NCBI GenBank assembly: GCA_947630405.1
Contig: CANRHL010000002.1
Location: 1 to 63,201 of the forward strand
Direction: 5' to 3'
DNA length: 63,201 nucleotides
From: an uncultured Clostridia bacterium
GTDB taxonomy: Bacteria > Bacillota > Clostridia > Christensenellales > UBA1242
A program made the translations under genes and the position numbers. Numbering within the stretch: position 1 is the first letter of the stretch; each line of letters starts with the position of its first letter. Below are positions 43,731 to 51,775 of the stretch, one piece after another. Below the pieces are notes generated by a model that was not told the DNA's origin, did not search any database, and was given only the letters and a program-made list of their open reading frames with translations.

Positions 43731-44441
43731 ATGAAAAGTTTAGTTTATTATTTAGCAAAAATTAATGAAAATTATCCCGAAATTGAACAACTAACAGTTA
43801 AGGATTACAACGAACTTTCTGGCCAAATAGAAAAAGATATAGAAAATGGCGTGCAAAACAGTGCGGCGGTTGATAAACTTATTAAAAGATCCTATCAATA
43901 CTTTCGCTATCTTGCACAAAAATATGTAGATTTGAATTTGAGCAATTATGATTTTGATGATTATCTTTCTTATTTCTATTTACGAATAATAAAGTCTGTT
44001 AAAAAACGTTATAATGATGGTAATTGGTTTAAAAATTATAAAGCATATGAAAGGTATTTATATACCAATGTGAGATACACTTTAAACAAATTGCAAAAAA
44101 GGGCAAATGAACCAAAAGCAAAACGGTTTGACGAGAATTCTCTCAACGAATTGGCGGTATCTCAATTTGAAGAACTATTAAAAGAGATAAACCAAAAAGA
44201 ACTTTCAATCATAATTAAAGAATTTATAAATCATCTTACACCGCGCACAAGAGATATGGTTTATGATTATTATGGATTAAATTGCCCACGTTTAACCCCA
44301 GCAGAAATTGCGGAAAAATATCATTGTAGTGCAAAGAGTGTGCACACATTAGTTTATGATGCTTTAAAAAGGCTCAAATGGCAAAATTACAACAAAGCTT
44401 TACTTAATTTGGGCTTATCTTGTCGTGATTTTTTAGATTAG
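43731..44441 (+). CDS. divergent sigma-70-family factor (regions 2 and 4 recognisable)
   Basis: 236 aa. The region-2-like segment is YFRYLAQKYVD...DYLSYFYLRIIKSVKKR. The region-4 HTH is LTPRTRDMVYDYYGL..LTPAEIAEKYHCSAKSVHTLVYDALKRLK. Confidence 0.55.
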   Translation: MKSLVYYLAKINENYPEIEQLTVKDYNELSGQIEKDIENGVQNSAAVDKLIKRSYQYFRYLAQKYVDLNLSNYDFDDYLSYFYLRIIKSVKKRYNDGNWFKNYKAYERYLYTNVRYTLNKLQKRANEPKAKRFDENSLNELAVSQFEELLKEINQKELSIIIKEFINHLTPRTRDMVYDYYGLNCPRLTPAEIAEKYHCSAKSVHTLVYDALKRLKWQNYNKALLNLGLSCRDFLD

Positions 44442-44467
44442 CAAACTTAATTGTTTGCTTTTTTTAT
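44440..44467 (+). terminator. rho-independent terminator (3' arm overlaps the ruvX -35)
   Basis: AGCAAAC/GTTTGCT stem followed by T7. Confidence 0.7.
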
Positions 44468-44483
44468 TCATTTATGTTAAAAT
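44455..44483 (+). promoter_or_regulatory. promoter of ruvX, leaderless geometry
   Basis: TTGCTT 44455-44460, 17 nt, TGtTAAAAT with -10 at 44478-44483, then 6 nt and ATG 44490. No SD. Confidence 0.5.
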
Positions 44484-44489
44484 ATTATT

Positions 44490-44888
44490 ATGAAAGCAAT
44501 GGGAATAGACTACGGCTTAAAACGAATTGGCATTGCGTTTAGTGACGAAAGCCCTTTTACCGTTTATCACACCAAAAATGAAGAGAGTGATTTAAACTAT
44601 TTGGTGAGTTTAGTTAATCAAAACAAAGTTGACGAAATAGTTTGCGGCTTACCGCTAAACACGAAAGGGGAAGAAGGCGAAATTGCACATAAAACGCGTG
44701 AGTTTATGGCAAAATTAAAGACACTTACGCAAATTGAGCCCGTTTTTGTTGACGAACGCATGACAAGCGTGCTGGCAGAAGAGTATTTGGCAGAACGCGA
44801 AAAAGATTGGCGCAAACGCAAAGAAAAGTTGGACGCCGTGTCCGCTTCACTCATTTTGCAAGATTATTTAGATAATAAAAGGAGATAA
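44490..44888 (+). CDS. ruvX: YqgF/RuvX putative pre-16S rRNA nuclease / Holliday junction resolvase-like
   Basis: 132 aa. GIDYGLKRIGIA N-terminus, DERMTS, and a SA..ILQ.YL tail. Confidence 0.88.
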   Translation: MKAMGIDYGLKRIGIAFSDESPFTVYHTKNEESDLNYLVSLVNQNKVDEIVCGLPLNTKGEEGEIAHKTREFMAKLKTLTQIEPVFVDERMTSVLAEEYLAEREKDWRKRKEKLDAVSASLILQDYLDNKRR

Positions 44889-44889
44889 T

Positions 44890-45255
44890 ATGAAAGATTT
44901 ACGCGACGAAATTAAACCTAAAAAAATGAAGGCAGTTGACCCAATTAGCCAAATTTTAGACGAAGAAAATTATGATAATGTTGTGCTTTATGACCCCGAT
45001 AAAAAGCCAATTGAATTTGAACAAGTGGCAGTTATTCCGGTTGATGACGAAAAAACCGACGAACAAACACTTTACACAATTATGATACCCGTTACACCAA
45101 TGCAGGGCGTTAGCGAGGGCGAAGGTGTGGTTTTTAAACTAAACGAGGCAAGCCACGATATTGAAGTTGTTAATGACGAAAAAATTATAGATAAGGTGCT
45201 TGAAATCTATCAGCAATTAGTAACAGAAGGCGGCGGAGATAAGGGCAAAAAATAA
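44890..45255 (+). CDS. DUF1292 (YrzB-like) protein
   Basis: 121 aa, acidic. Sits at the conserved position right after ruvX. Has the pattern (I/V)xLxDxxxxxIEFE.. ..Y..M.P. Confidence 0.65.
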   Translation: MKDLRDEIKPKKMKAVDPISQILDEENYDNVVLYDPDKKPIEFEQVAVIPVDDEKTDEQTLYTIMIPVTPMQGVSEGEGVVFKLNEASHDIEVVNDEKIIDKVLEIYQQLVTEGGGDKGKK

Positions 45256-45263
45256 TTTAAGTA

Positions 45264-45291
45264 TTGACAAACTAAAAATATCGGTTATAAT
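45264..45291 (+). promoter_or_regulatory. sigma-A type promoter
   Basis: TTGACA 45264-45269, 16 nt, TATAAT 45286-45291. Confidence 0.6.
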
Positions 45292-45307
45292 AAAGTTGGT
45301 GGTGGTT

Positions 45308-45718
45308 ATGAAAGATACTCAAGATAAAGCAATCAATAGATTGAGCGAACAATACATGGATAATGTGAAAAAGGTTTATGAAAACGCATACAAAACATCT
45401 AATTTAACACTTATGTTAAACTTATTGAAAGAGTATAATTATTTAGATTTTAATTTGTTATATAAGGCAATTTTATATGAAAATGATGCCGATATGGCAA
45501 TTGAATTCTTTAACATTTTTGTACACAAATTGACTGCAAAACAAATTGCCGCCTTGCTAACAGTAATAGAAAACAACTATAAAAAGGGCATGTTTTACAA
45601 AATAAATCGAACATTTTACAGGAATAATTTAGATGACGATAACCGCCTGTCATATCTTATGGAAAGGTTGGCTTTAATAGAAAAAAATCTAAAACCAACG
45701 CTGCAACCAGAGGTTTAA
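45308..45718 (+). CDS. hypothetical protein (orphan)
   Basis: 136 aa from ATG 45308 (GGTGGTGG SD). Predicted helical. No family recognised. Confidence 0.5.
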   Translation: MKDTQDKAINRLSEQYMDNVKKVYENAYKTSNLTLMLNLLKEYNYLDFNLLYKAILYENDADMAIEFFNIFVHKLTAKQIAALLTVIENNYKKGMFYKINRTFYRNNLDDDNRLSYLMERLALIEKNLKPTLQPEV

Positions 45719-45730
45719 AAATAATAAAAG

Positions 45731-45755
45731 ACTTATAGAAATATAAGTTTTTTAT
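45731..45755 (+). terminator. rho-independent terminator
   Basis: ACTTATA/TATAAGT stem followed by T6. Confidence 0.6.
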
Positions 45756-45773
45756 TTTATTTGTTAATTTCTA

Positions 45774-45802
45774 TTGACAAAAGATTTTAAAACTGGTAAA
45801 AT
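45774..45802 (+). promoter_or_regulatory. sigma-A type promoter of rpsB-tsf
   Basis: TTGACA 45774-45779, 17 nt, TAAAAT 45797-45802. The ~100-nt leader has a hairpin TTGCTTT/AAAGCAA (45834-45867) enclosing the palindrome CCAAATTTGG. Confidence 0.6.
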
Positions 45803-45908
45803 AAAGAAGTTTTAAAAATAGCACCTAACTTGATTGCTTTGTCTGTTCCAAATTTGGTTAAAAGCAAAATGATGGTTGGGGAAGACGTTAAACAGGAGGT
45901 AAAATTAA

Positions 45909-46757
45909 ATGTCAGTTATTTCTATGAAACAATTATTGGAGGCTGGTTGTCATTTCGGCCACCAAACTAGGAAATGGAATCCTAAAATGAAAAAGTATAT
46001 CTTCACAGATAGAAACGATATCCATATCATCAATCTTGAAGATACTTCAAAACAAATTGATGAAGCATATAAGTTCATCAAAGAAAAGGTGCAAGCAGGC
46101 GCAACCGTGTTGTTTGTTGGCACTAAAAAGCAAGCGCAAGAAGCAGTTAAGCAAGAGGCAGAGCGTTCTAACATGTTCTACATCAACACCCGTTGGTTGG
46201 GTGGCACACTTACTAATTTCACAACAATTCGTAAACGTATTGATAGAATGAACAAGTTAAACAATATGGAAGCTTTAGGCGATTTTGACCTTCTCCCTAA
46301 AAAAGAAGTTATCAAACTTAAAGCAGAACGCGATAAACTTGCAAACAATTTAAACGGCATTAAGGATATGACATCTGTTCCAGGCCTTATTGTGTTGGTT
46401 GACCCACACACTGAACACATTGCAGTTAAAGAGGCGAAAAGGCTTAACATCCCAACTGTCGGCATTGTTGATACAAATAGCGACCCAGACGATGTTACAG
46501 TCTGCATCCCAGCAAATGACGATGCAATTGGCAGTGTTAATTTAATTTTAAACGCATTAACCGATGCTATTATGGAGGCAAAGGGTGGCGTTGTGTTGCA
46601 TGACCTTGACGCTAATGACGAAGAAGTTTCAATGGCTTCAGTTGTTGCAGGTGGTGGCATTGCAAAAAAGGAAGAAAGCGAAGAGCAAACTGAAGAAGCT
46701 CAACCTGAAAAGAAAAAGCATGTAAGTAAGAAAAAAGATAAAAAGGAAGGGGAATAA
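45909..46757 (+). CDS. rpsB: 30S ribosomal protein S2 (with acidic/Lys-rich C-terminal extension)
   Basis: 282 aa. [19 protein letters not shown] signature. AGGAGG SD. Confidence 0.97.
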   Translation: MSVISMKQLLEAGCHFGHQTRKWNPKMKKYIFTDRNDIHIINLEDTSKQIDEAYKFIKEKVQAGATVLFVGTKKQAQEAVKQEAERSNMFYINTRWLGGTLTNFTTIRKRIDRMNKLNNMEALGDFDLLPKKEVIKLKAERDKLANNLNGIKDMTSVPGLIVLVDPHTEHIAVKEAKRLNIPTVGIVDTNSDPDDVTVCIPANDDAIGSVNLILNALTDAIMEAKGGVVLHDLDANDEEVSMASVVAGGGIAKKEESEEQTEEAQPEKKKHVSKKKDKKEGE

Positions 46758-46758
46758 T

Positions 46759-47640
46759 ATGCAAATTACAGCAAAAGACGTTGCAAATTTAAGAGAGCTG
46801 ACAGGTGCCGGAATGATGGACTGCAAAAAGGCACTAACCGACGCAGATGGCGACATTAATAAAGCCGTTGAACTATTGCGTGAACGCGGTATTTCAAAGG
46901 CCGCTAAAAAAGAGGGCAGAATTGCAGCAGAAGGCGTTATTGGCGCTTATGTTGCAGGCAATGTTGGCGTGTTGCTTGAAATAAATTGTGAAAGCGATTT
47001 TGTATCTAAGGGCGAAGTTTTCCATAACCTTGTTCAAACAGTTGCAAAAGTTGTTGCCGAAAATTTGCCAAAAGATGTTGAGGCTCTTAATGCTTGCAAA
47101 TGCGAAGGCGGCACAGTTGCTGAATATATAACAAATCAAACAGTTGTGATTGGTGAAAAAATCTCAATTCGCCGTTTTGAAATTTGTAAAACTAACGGCA
47201 AAATTGAAACTTACATCCACATGGGCGGCAAAATTGGCGTTATGGTTGAAGCGGTAGATTTTGTAGATGGAACAGACGTTTTACACGATGTTGCACTTCA
47301 AATTGCAGCAAACAACCCAACTTATGTTGATGCAAGCCAAGTTCCTGCCGATGTGATTGAAAAAGAAAAAGAAATTATGCTTGTTCAAATGCAAAATGAT
47401 GAAAAGAACAAAAACAAACCAAAAGAAATATTAGAGAAAATTGTTCTTGGCAAAGTTGGCAAGTTTTATGAAGAAAACTGCCTTGTTGACCAACCATTTG
47501 TTAAAGACGATAGCAAAAAAGTTAAAGAAGTTATCGGCAATAAATTCAAAGTTAAACACTTTGTTCGTTGGGTAATGGGCGAAGGCCTTGAAAAACGCAA
47601 TGAAGATTTTGCAGCCGAAGTTGCAAAACAATCTAAATAA
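46759..47640 (+). CDS. tsf: translation elongation factor Ts
   Basis: 293 aa. LRELTGAGMMDCKKAL UBA-like N-terminus. Confidence 0.96.
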   Translation: MQITAKDVANLRELTGAGMMDCKKALTDADGDINKAVELLRERGISKAAKKEGRIAAEGVIGAYVAGNVGVLLEINCESDFVSKGEVFHNLVQTVAKVVAENLPKDVEALNACKCEGGTVAEYITNQTVVIGEKISIRRFEICKTNGKIETYIHMGGKIGVMVEAVDFVDGTDVLHDVALQIAANNPTYVDASQVPADVIEKEKEIMLVQMQNDEKNKNKPKEILEKIVLGKVGKFYEENCLVDQPFVKDDSKKVKEVIGNKFKVKHFVRWVMGEGLEKRNEDFAAEVAKQSK

Positions 47641-47644
47641 AAAA

Positions 47645-47668
47645 TAGGGCGTAACGCCTTATTTTTTT
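47645..47668. terminator. bidirectional terminator between tsf and the convergent orphan
   Basis: TAGGGCG / CGCCTTA stem flanked by an A-run upstream and a T-run downstream. Confidence 0.6.
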
Positions 47669-48197
47669 ATATGTTTTTTGTGTCACCAATCATTGATTTA
47701 TACATTGCCTTTAATTGTTTATAAAGATATCTTTTGCCGCGTTTAAAATGAACATCTTTTGCAAGTTGCCTAACACATTCAACATCTCCTGTCGATCTAA
47801 GAGCCTCAAACAAACCATCCAACCACCAAGTGTCATATTCAATAAATTTGGCTATGTATTTAGGATTTTTTAATTCACAAACATAATCTTTAACTTCAAT
47901 GATAGTAAAGCCGGGGATAGCACCGCTATTATAATCTTTATGCAAATTTATCATAAATTCATCATCTACACCATTTTCGGTAATATATGCAATTCTTTCA
48001 TTTAATAATGCGTGAGCCTCTTCTTTTGTATAATTTCTTTTCCCATAACTTGACTCCCACAAGTCATTGCTATTATCTGCATAATAAGTAGCCCCAGCAA
48101 AAACAAAGTTGCCAGACTTATCCTTTTCACCAATTTGTAAATTATTTAAATAATTTTGAATTAATTTATTTAACAGACCAACATTTTCTGCTTCCAT
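47667..48197 (-). CDS. hypothetical protein (orphan, antisense orientation, in the slot where pyrH is expected)
   Basis: 176 aa from ATG 48197 (AAGGAG SD). The track start at 48245 overlaps the promoter. No family recognised. Confidence 0.5.
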   Translation of the reverse strand: MEAENVGLLNKLIQNYLNNLQIGEKDKSGNFVFAGATYYADNSNDLWESSYGKRNYTKEEAHALLNERIAYITENGVDDEFMINLHKDYNSGAIPGFTIIEVKDYVCELKNPKYIAKFIEYDTWWLDGLFEALRSTGDVECVRQLAKDVHFKRGKRYLYKQLKAMYKSMIGDTKNI

Positions 48198-48216
48198 AAA
48201 TTCACTCCTTATGCAT

Positions 48217-48245
48217 AATTTAACATAATATTGCAAATTTGTCAA
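48217..48245 (-). promoter_or_regulatory. sigma-A type promoter of the minus-strand orphan
   Basis: On the minus strand: TTGACA (48245-48240), 17 nt, TGtTAAATT with -10 at 48222-48217. Confidence 0.55.
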
Positions 48246-48336
48246 TAGTTAAATTAAAAATTATAAACCTAAAACAGTTGCTATTTTTGCTTAAATTAGT
48301 TATTATTAAATATAGAGTATAAATTAAGGAGAAATT

Positions 48337-48903
48337 ATGAACGAAAATGTCGAAATGAATTTAATGGAGTATGAAGAGCAACTTGATAAATGTTTTAATC
48401 ATTTAATTGACGAATATATGCTTATTCGTGTTGGCAGAGCAAACCCTAAGGTTATTGAAAATGTTATGGTGGACTATTATGGCACAAAAACACCCCTTAA
48501 ACAAACCTGCAACATAACAGTGCAAGATGCACGAATGATTGTTGTATCCCCATGGGATGTTTCCACTTTAAGAAATTTGCGTGCCGGGCTAGAAGCCGCC
48601 AACACCGGCCTTTCAATTAGTGATGATGGCAAAATTATTCGCGTTGGTTTCCCAATGTTAACCGAAGAGCGCAGGCGTGAATTTAGTAAAGATGCAAGAA
48701 AACTATTAGAAGAGTGCAAAATTGCCATGCGTAATGCAAGGCGCGATGTGCTTGAAGAGTTTAAAACCATGAAGAAAAATGCCGAAATTAGTGAGGACGA
48801 GTATAATTCGCTTGAAAAAGATGTACAAAAAAGTATAGACAATTATTCTTCCCGTGCCGATAACGCGTGCGAGAAAAAGATTGCCGAAATAATGGAAGTG
48901 TAA
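48337..48903 (+). CDS. frr: ribosome recycling factor
   Basis: 188 aa. IRVGRANP..L..V.VDYYG signature. Confidence 0.95.
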   Translation: MNENVEMNLMEYEEQLDKCFNHLIDEYMLIRVGRANPKVIENVMVDYYGTKTPLKQTCNITVQDARMIVVSPWDVSTLRNLRAGLEAANTGLSISDDGKIIRVGFPMLTEERRREFSKDARKLLEECKIAMRNARRDVLEEFKTMKKNAEISEDEYNSLEKDVQKSIDNYSSRADNACEKKIAEIMEV

Positions 48904-49623
48904 ATGAATATTAACAAACTTAAAGCCGACCCGCGCATGCCAAAGCACATTGCTTTTATAATAGACGGCAATGGCAGATGGGCAAAAAAGCGGCATTTAA
49001 TTAGGTCGGTAGGGCATAAAGCCGGCTTTGAAAATCTTAAAAAGCAAATTCAATTCGTGCAAGATTTAGGCATTAAAAATTTGTCTATGTACTGTTTTTC
49101 GTGCGAGAATTGGAAGCGCCCACAAGATGAAGTTGACTATTTAATGCAGTTGTTTAACGAAATGCTAGATGAGTTTAAGGCCGAATATTTAAATAAAGAC
49201 ATTCGCGTTATAATTTCTGGCGATATGGACGATGAAAGATTGCCAAAAATAGTTAGAGAAAAGGCAAAAGAAATTGTTGAATTAACCAAAAATAAAACCG
49301 GCTTTATAGTTAACGCATGCATAAATTATGGTGGTAGGCAGGAAATTTTGAAGGTTACCAACGAACTCATTAAAGAGGGCGTTAAGGTGGTTGACGAAGC
49401 AACTTTTAATAGTCATCTTTATACGGCAGATATGTTGCCGCTGGATTTTATTATAAGAACCAGCGGCGAAGAGCGCACAAGCAACTTTTTAATGTGGCAA
49501 TCGGCGTATAGCGAGTGGTATTTCCCTAAAAGTTTATGGCCAAGTTTTTCTAAAAAAGACCTTGTTAAAGCATTAAAAATTTACATGAACAGGGAAAGGC
49601 GTTTTGGCGGAGTTAAAAAATAA
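48904..49623 (+). CDS. uppS: undecaprenyl-diphosphate synthase
   Basis: 239 aa. HIAFIIDGNGRWA, RTSGEERTSNFLMWQSAYSE. Confidence 0.95.
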   Translation: MNINKLKADPRMPKHIAFIIDGNGRWAKKRHLIRSVGHKAGFENLKKQIQFVQDLGIKNLSMYCFSCENWKRPQDEVDYLMQLFNEMLDEFKAEYLNKDIRVIISGDMDDERLPKIVREKAKEIVELTKNKTGFIVNACINYGGRQEILKVTNELIKEGVKVVDEATFNSHLYTADMLPLDFIIRTSGEERTSNFLMWQSAYSEWYFPKSLWPSFSKKDLVKALKIYMNRERRFGGVKK

Positions 49624-50526
49624 ATGAAAAAAAGGTTATTAACTAGCATCTGTATTGTTCTAGTTGTGGCGGCCATGGTTGCCGCTAAGTTTTTGCCGCA
49701 AACAATTGGTGACTATATCTTTGATATTTTCATTTTAATTTTAACCTTTATTGCAAGTTTTGAAATGTGCATGTTGTTAGAAGAGCGGAAGAAAAATGTT
49801 AATAGAATATTAGTTTGTTTTTATGGTGTATTTAACTATATTGTTCTTTTAATATTTAGAAATTTAGTGCCATACTATTTCACTTTGCTTATTGAGTTGG
49901 GCTTTTTAGTGATATACTTTATAGCAACACTTTTAATTGAAATTTTAATTGAAACAAAAAAGCCACTAAAAGTTAAGTTTGCCATTAGCCTTAACACATT
50001 AATTGCATGTTTTTATCCAGCATTTTTGTTCACAACATTTTTGTTCATAAACCACATTGATGGCTATGCCGGAGTTAATCATTTTTCAGTTGTTTTAATT
50101 TTGCTTGTAATTTTAATAACATTTTTAACCGACACTTTCGCTTACATTTTTGGTTCACTCATAAAAGGGCCTAAACTTGCGCCAAAAATTAGTCCAAATA
50201 AGCGCATAAGCGGGGCAATAGGCGGGCTTGTTGGCGGCATTGCCGGGGCAATGATTGTGTATGTAATTTTCTATTTCATACCGCAGACGACCGTTATTTT
50301 AACCACCTTTTCGCTTTCTTGGTGGAAGTTCCTTTTAATTGGTCTCGTTGGCTCAGTTTTAGGGCAGATTGGCGATTTGGTTGAAAGCAAAATAAAACGC
50401 CTTGCCGGAGTTAAAGATAGCGGCAATATGTTCCCAGGGCACGGCGGAATGCTAGATAGAATTGATGCCATGATTTTTGTTGTTACATTTATTGCAATTG
50501 TTGGCTTAATTCTTGTGGCAATTTAG
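49624..50526 (+). CDS. cdsA: phosphatidate cytidylyltransferase
   Basis: 300 aa, polytopic membrane protein. [24 protein letters not shown] signature. Confidence 0.92.
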   Translation: MKKRLLTSICIVLVVAAMVAAKFLPQTIGDYIFDIFILILTFIASFEMCMLLEERKKNVNRILVCFYGVFNYIVLLIFRNLVPYYFTLLIELGFLVIYFIATLLIEILIETKKPLKVKFAISLNTLIACFYPAFLFTTFLFINHIDGYAGVNHFSVVLILLVILITFLTDTFAYIFGSLIKGPKLAPKISPNKRISGAIGGLVGGIAGAMIVYVIFYFIPQTTVILTTFSLSWWKFLLIGLVGSVLGQIGDLVESKIKRLAGVKDSGNMFPGHGGMLDRIDAMIFVVTFIAIVGLILVAI

Positions 50527-50564
50527 AATAAATTTAAAAATCTATTATTATAATTAAGGTATAA

Positions 50565-51737
50565 ATGTCTAGTTTTTTAAGTGTATCGTCCGTTTTTAGT
50601 TATATTGGCTATATTTTGCTAGCCATTGTTGTTTTACTAGTTATGGTGTTGATACACGAGCTAGGACACTATACAGCCGGTAAGATACTAAAATTTAAGA
50701 TTAATGAATTTAGCATAGGCTTTGGCCCAAAAATAATTCAAAAAACCAAAAAAAATGGTGAAAAAATAACCCTGCGCGCCTTCCCGTTGGGTGGTTATTG
50801 TGCCTTTGATGGAGAGGATGAGGACGGCAAAAACAATCCGCAAGCCTTTAACAATCAAAAGCCGTGGAAAAGGTTAATTGTGCTATTTTGTGGCGCATTT
50901 TTTAACTTTTTAAGTGCCATAATATTTTCTTTTATTTTACTCATGGCAAATGGCTATGATTTAGTGCAAGTAAAAACGGTGGGCGAAAACTCAATTAACT
51001 ATGAAATAATTCAAGAAAATGACGTTATTTATGGCATTGAAAATCATAACATCGATTTTGTAGCCGACCAATATTTAACCACAATAATAACAAATAGTGT
51101 AACAGAAAAATATAAAACTTACACTCCAAAAAACGAGGGCGGAAAAATCAGTGAAGAACTTAAAAACCATAGTTTCACACAAGATAACAAAACCTTTTAT
51201 TTAGACGAAAAGGATTTAACCTTTAATATTCGCCGAAACAACACACCACAGGCAATTTCCGGGCATATTAATGTGGTTTATAACGAGGCGGGCGAGTGTG
51301 TTGGCTGGTCACTTTTATCAAGTTATGAAGAAGATAATAGCGAATTTGCCACGCAAACATACAAATACACTTTTGTGGAAGCACTAACTCAAGCCGTGCC
51401 GTTTACTTTTAAATGGGCTTGGAAGGTGTTGGTTGTTCTATTCCGGTTAATAACGGGCAAAATGTCAATTAAAGCACTTGGTGGGCCGGTAACCACAATA
51501 AAGATGATAGCAACATCCACGCAAACAAACGCACTTAACTTGTTAGTTTTGTTGCCGGCAATTGCTGCCAATTTAGCAGTGTTTAACTTGCTACCAATTC
51601 CGGCGCTCGACGGCTTAGAGTGGATACGCAAAAAGCCTGTTAAACGCGAAGTCGTGAATATGATAAACAACATCGGGCTGCTTGTCTTGCTCGGCTTTGT
51701 TATTGTAGTTGACGTTTTGCAATTCGTAATACATTAA
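50565..51737 (+). CDS. rseP: site-2 (RIP) zinc metalloprotease RseP/RasP
   Basis: 390 aa. HELGHY and NLLPIPALDG motifs, with a degenerate PDZ region in between. Confidence 0.85.
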   Translation: MSSFLSVSSVFSYIGYILLAIVVLLVMVLIHELGHYTAGKILKFKINEFSIGFGPKIIQKTKKNGEKITLRAFPLGGYCAFDGEDEDGKNNPQAFNNQKPWKRLIVLFCGAFFNFLSAIIFSFILLMANGYDLVQVKTVGENSINYEIIQENDVIYGIENHNIDFVADQYLTTIITNSVTEKYKTYTPKNEGGKISEELKNHSFTQDNKTFYLDEKDLTFNIRRNNTPQAISGHINVVYNEAGECVGWSLLSSYEEDNSEFATQTYKYTFVEALTQAVPFTFKWAWKVLVVLFRLITGKMSIKALGGPVTTIKMIATSTQTNALNLLVLLPAIAANLAVFNLLPIPALDGLEWIRKKPVKREVVNMINNIGLLVLLGFVIVVDVLQFVIH

Positions 51738-51761
51738 GGGTTGACACCCTTAATTTTTTTT
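51734..51761 (+). terminator. rho-independent terminator enclosing the next -35 box
   Basis: TTAAGGGT / ACCCTTAA 8-bp stem followed by T8. TTGACA 51741-51746 spans the 5' arm end, the loop and the start of the 3' arm. Confidence 0.65.
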
Positions 51762-51769
51762 GTTATAAT
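51741..51769 (+). promoter_or_regulatory. sigma-A type promoter, leaderless geometry
   Basis: TTGACA 51741-51746, 17 nt, TGtTATAAT with -10 at 51764-51769, then 6 nt and ATG 51776. Confidence 0.6.
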
Positions 51770-51775
51770 ATAGGT

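Noticed and set aside
46178-46660. 160-aa minus-strand ORF inside rpsB. Similar cases lie at 39844-40266 in hslU, 7573-7986 in priA, 1857-2309 in ackA and 56208-56947 in infB.
   Set aside because: These are antisense shadow ORFs within strongly supported housekeeping genes, and none has translation signals.
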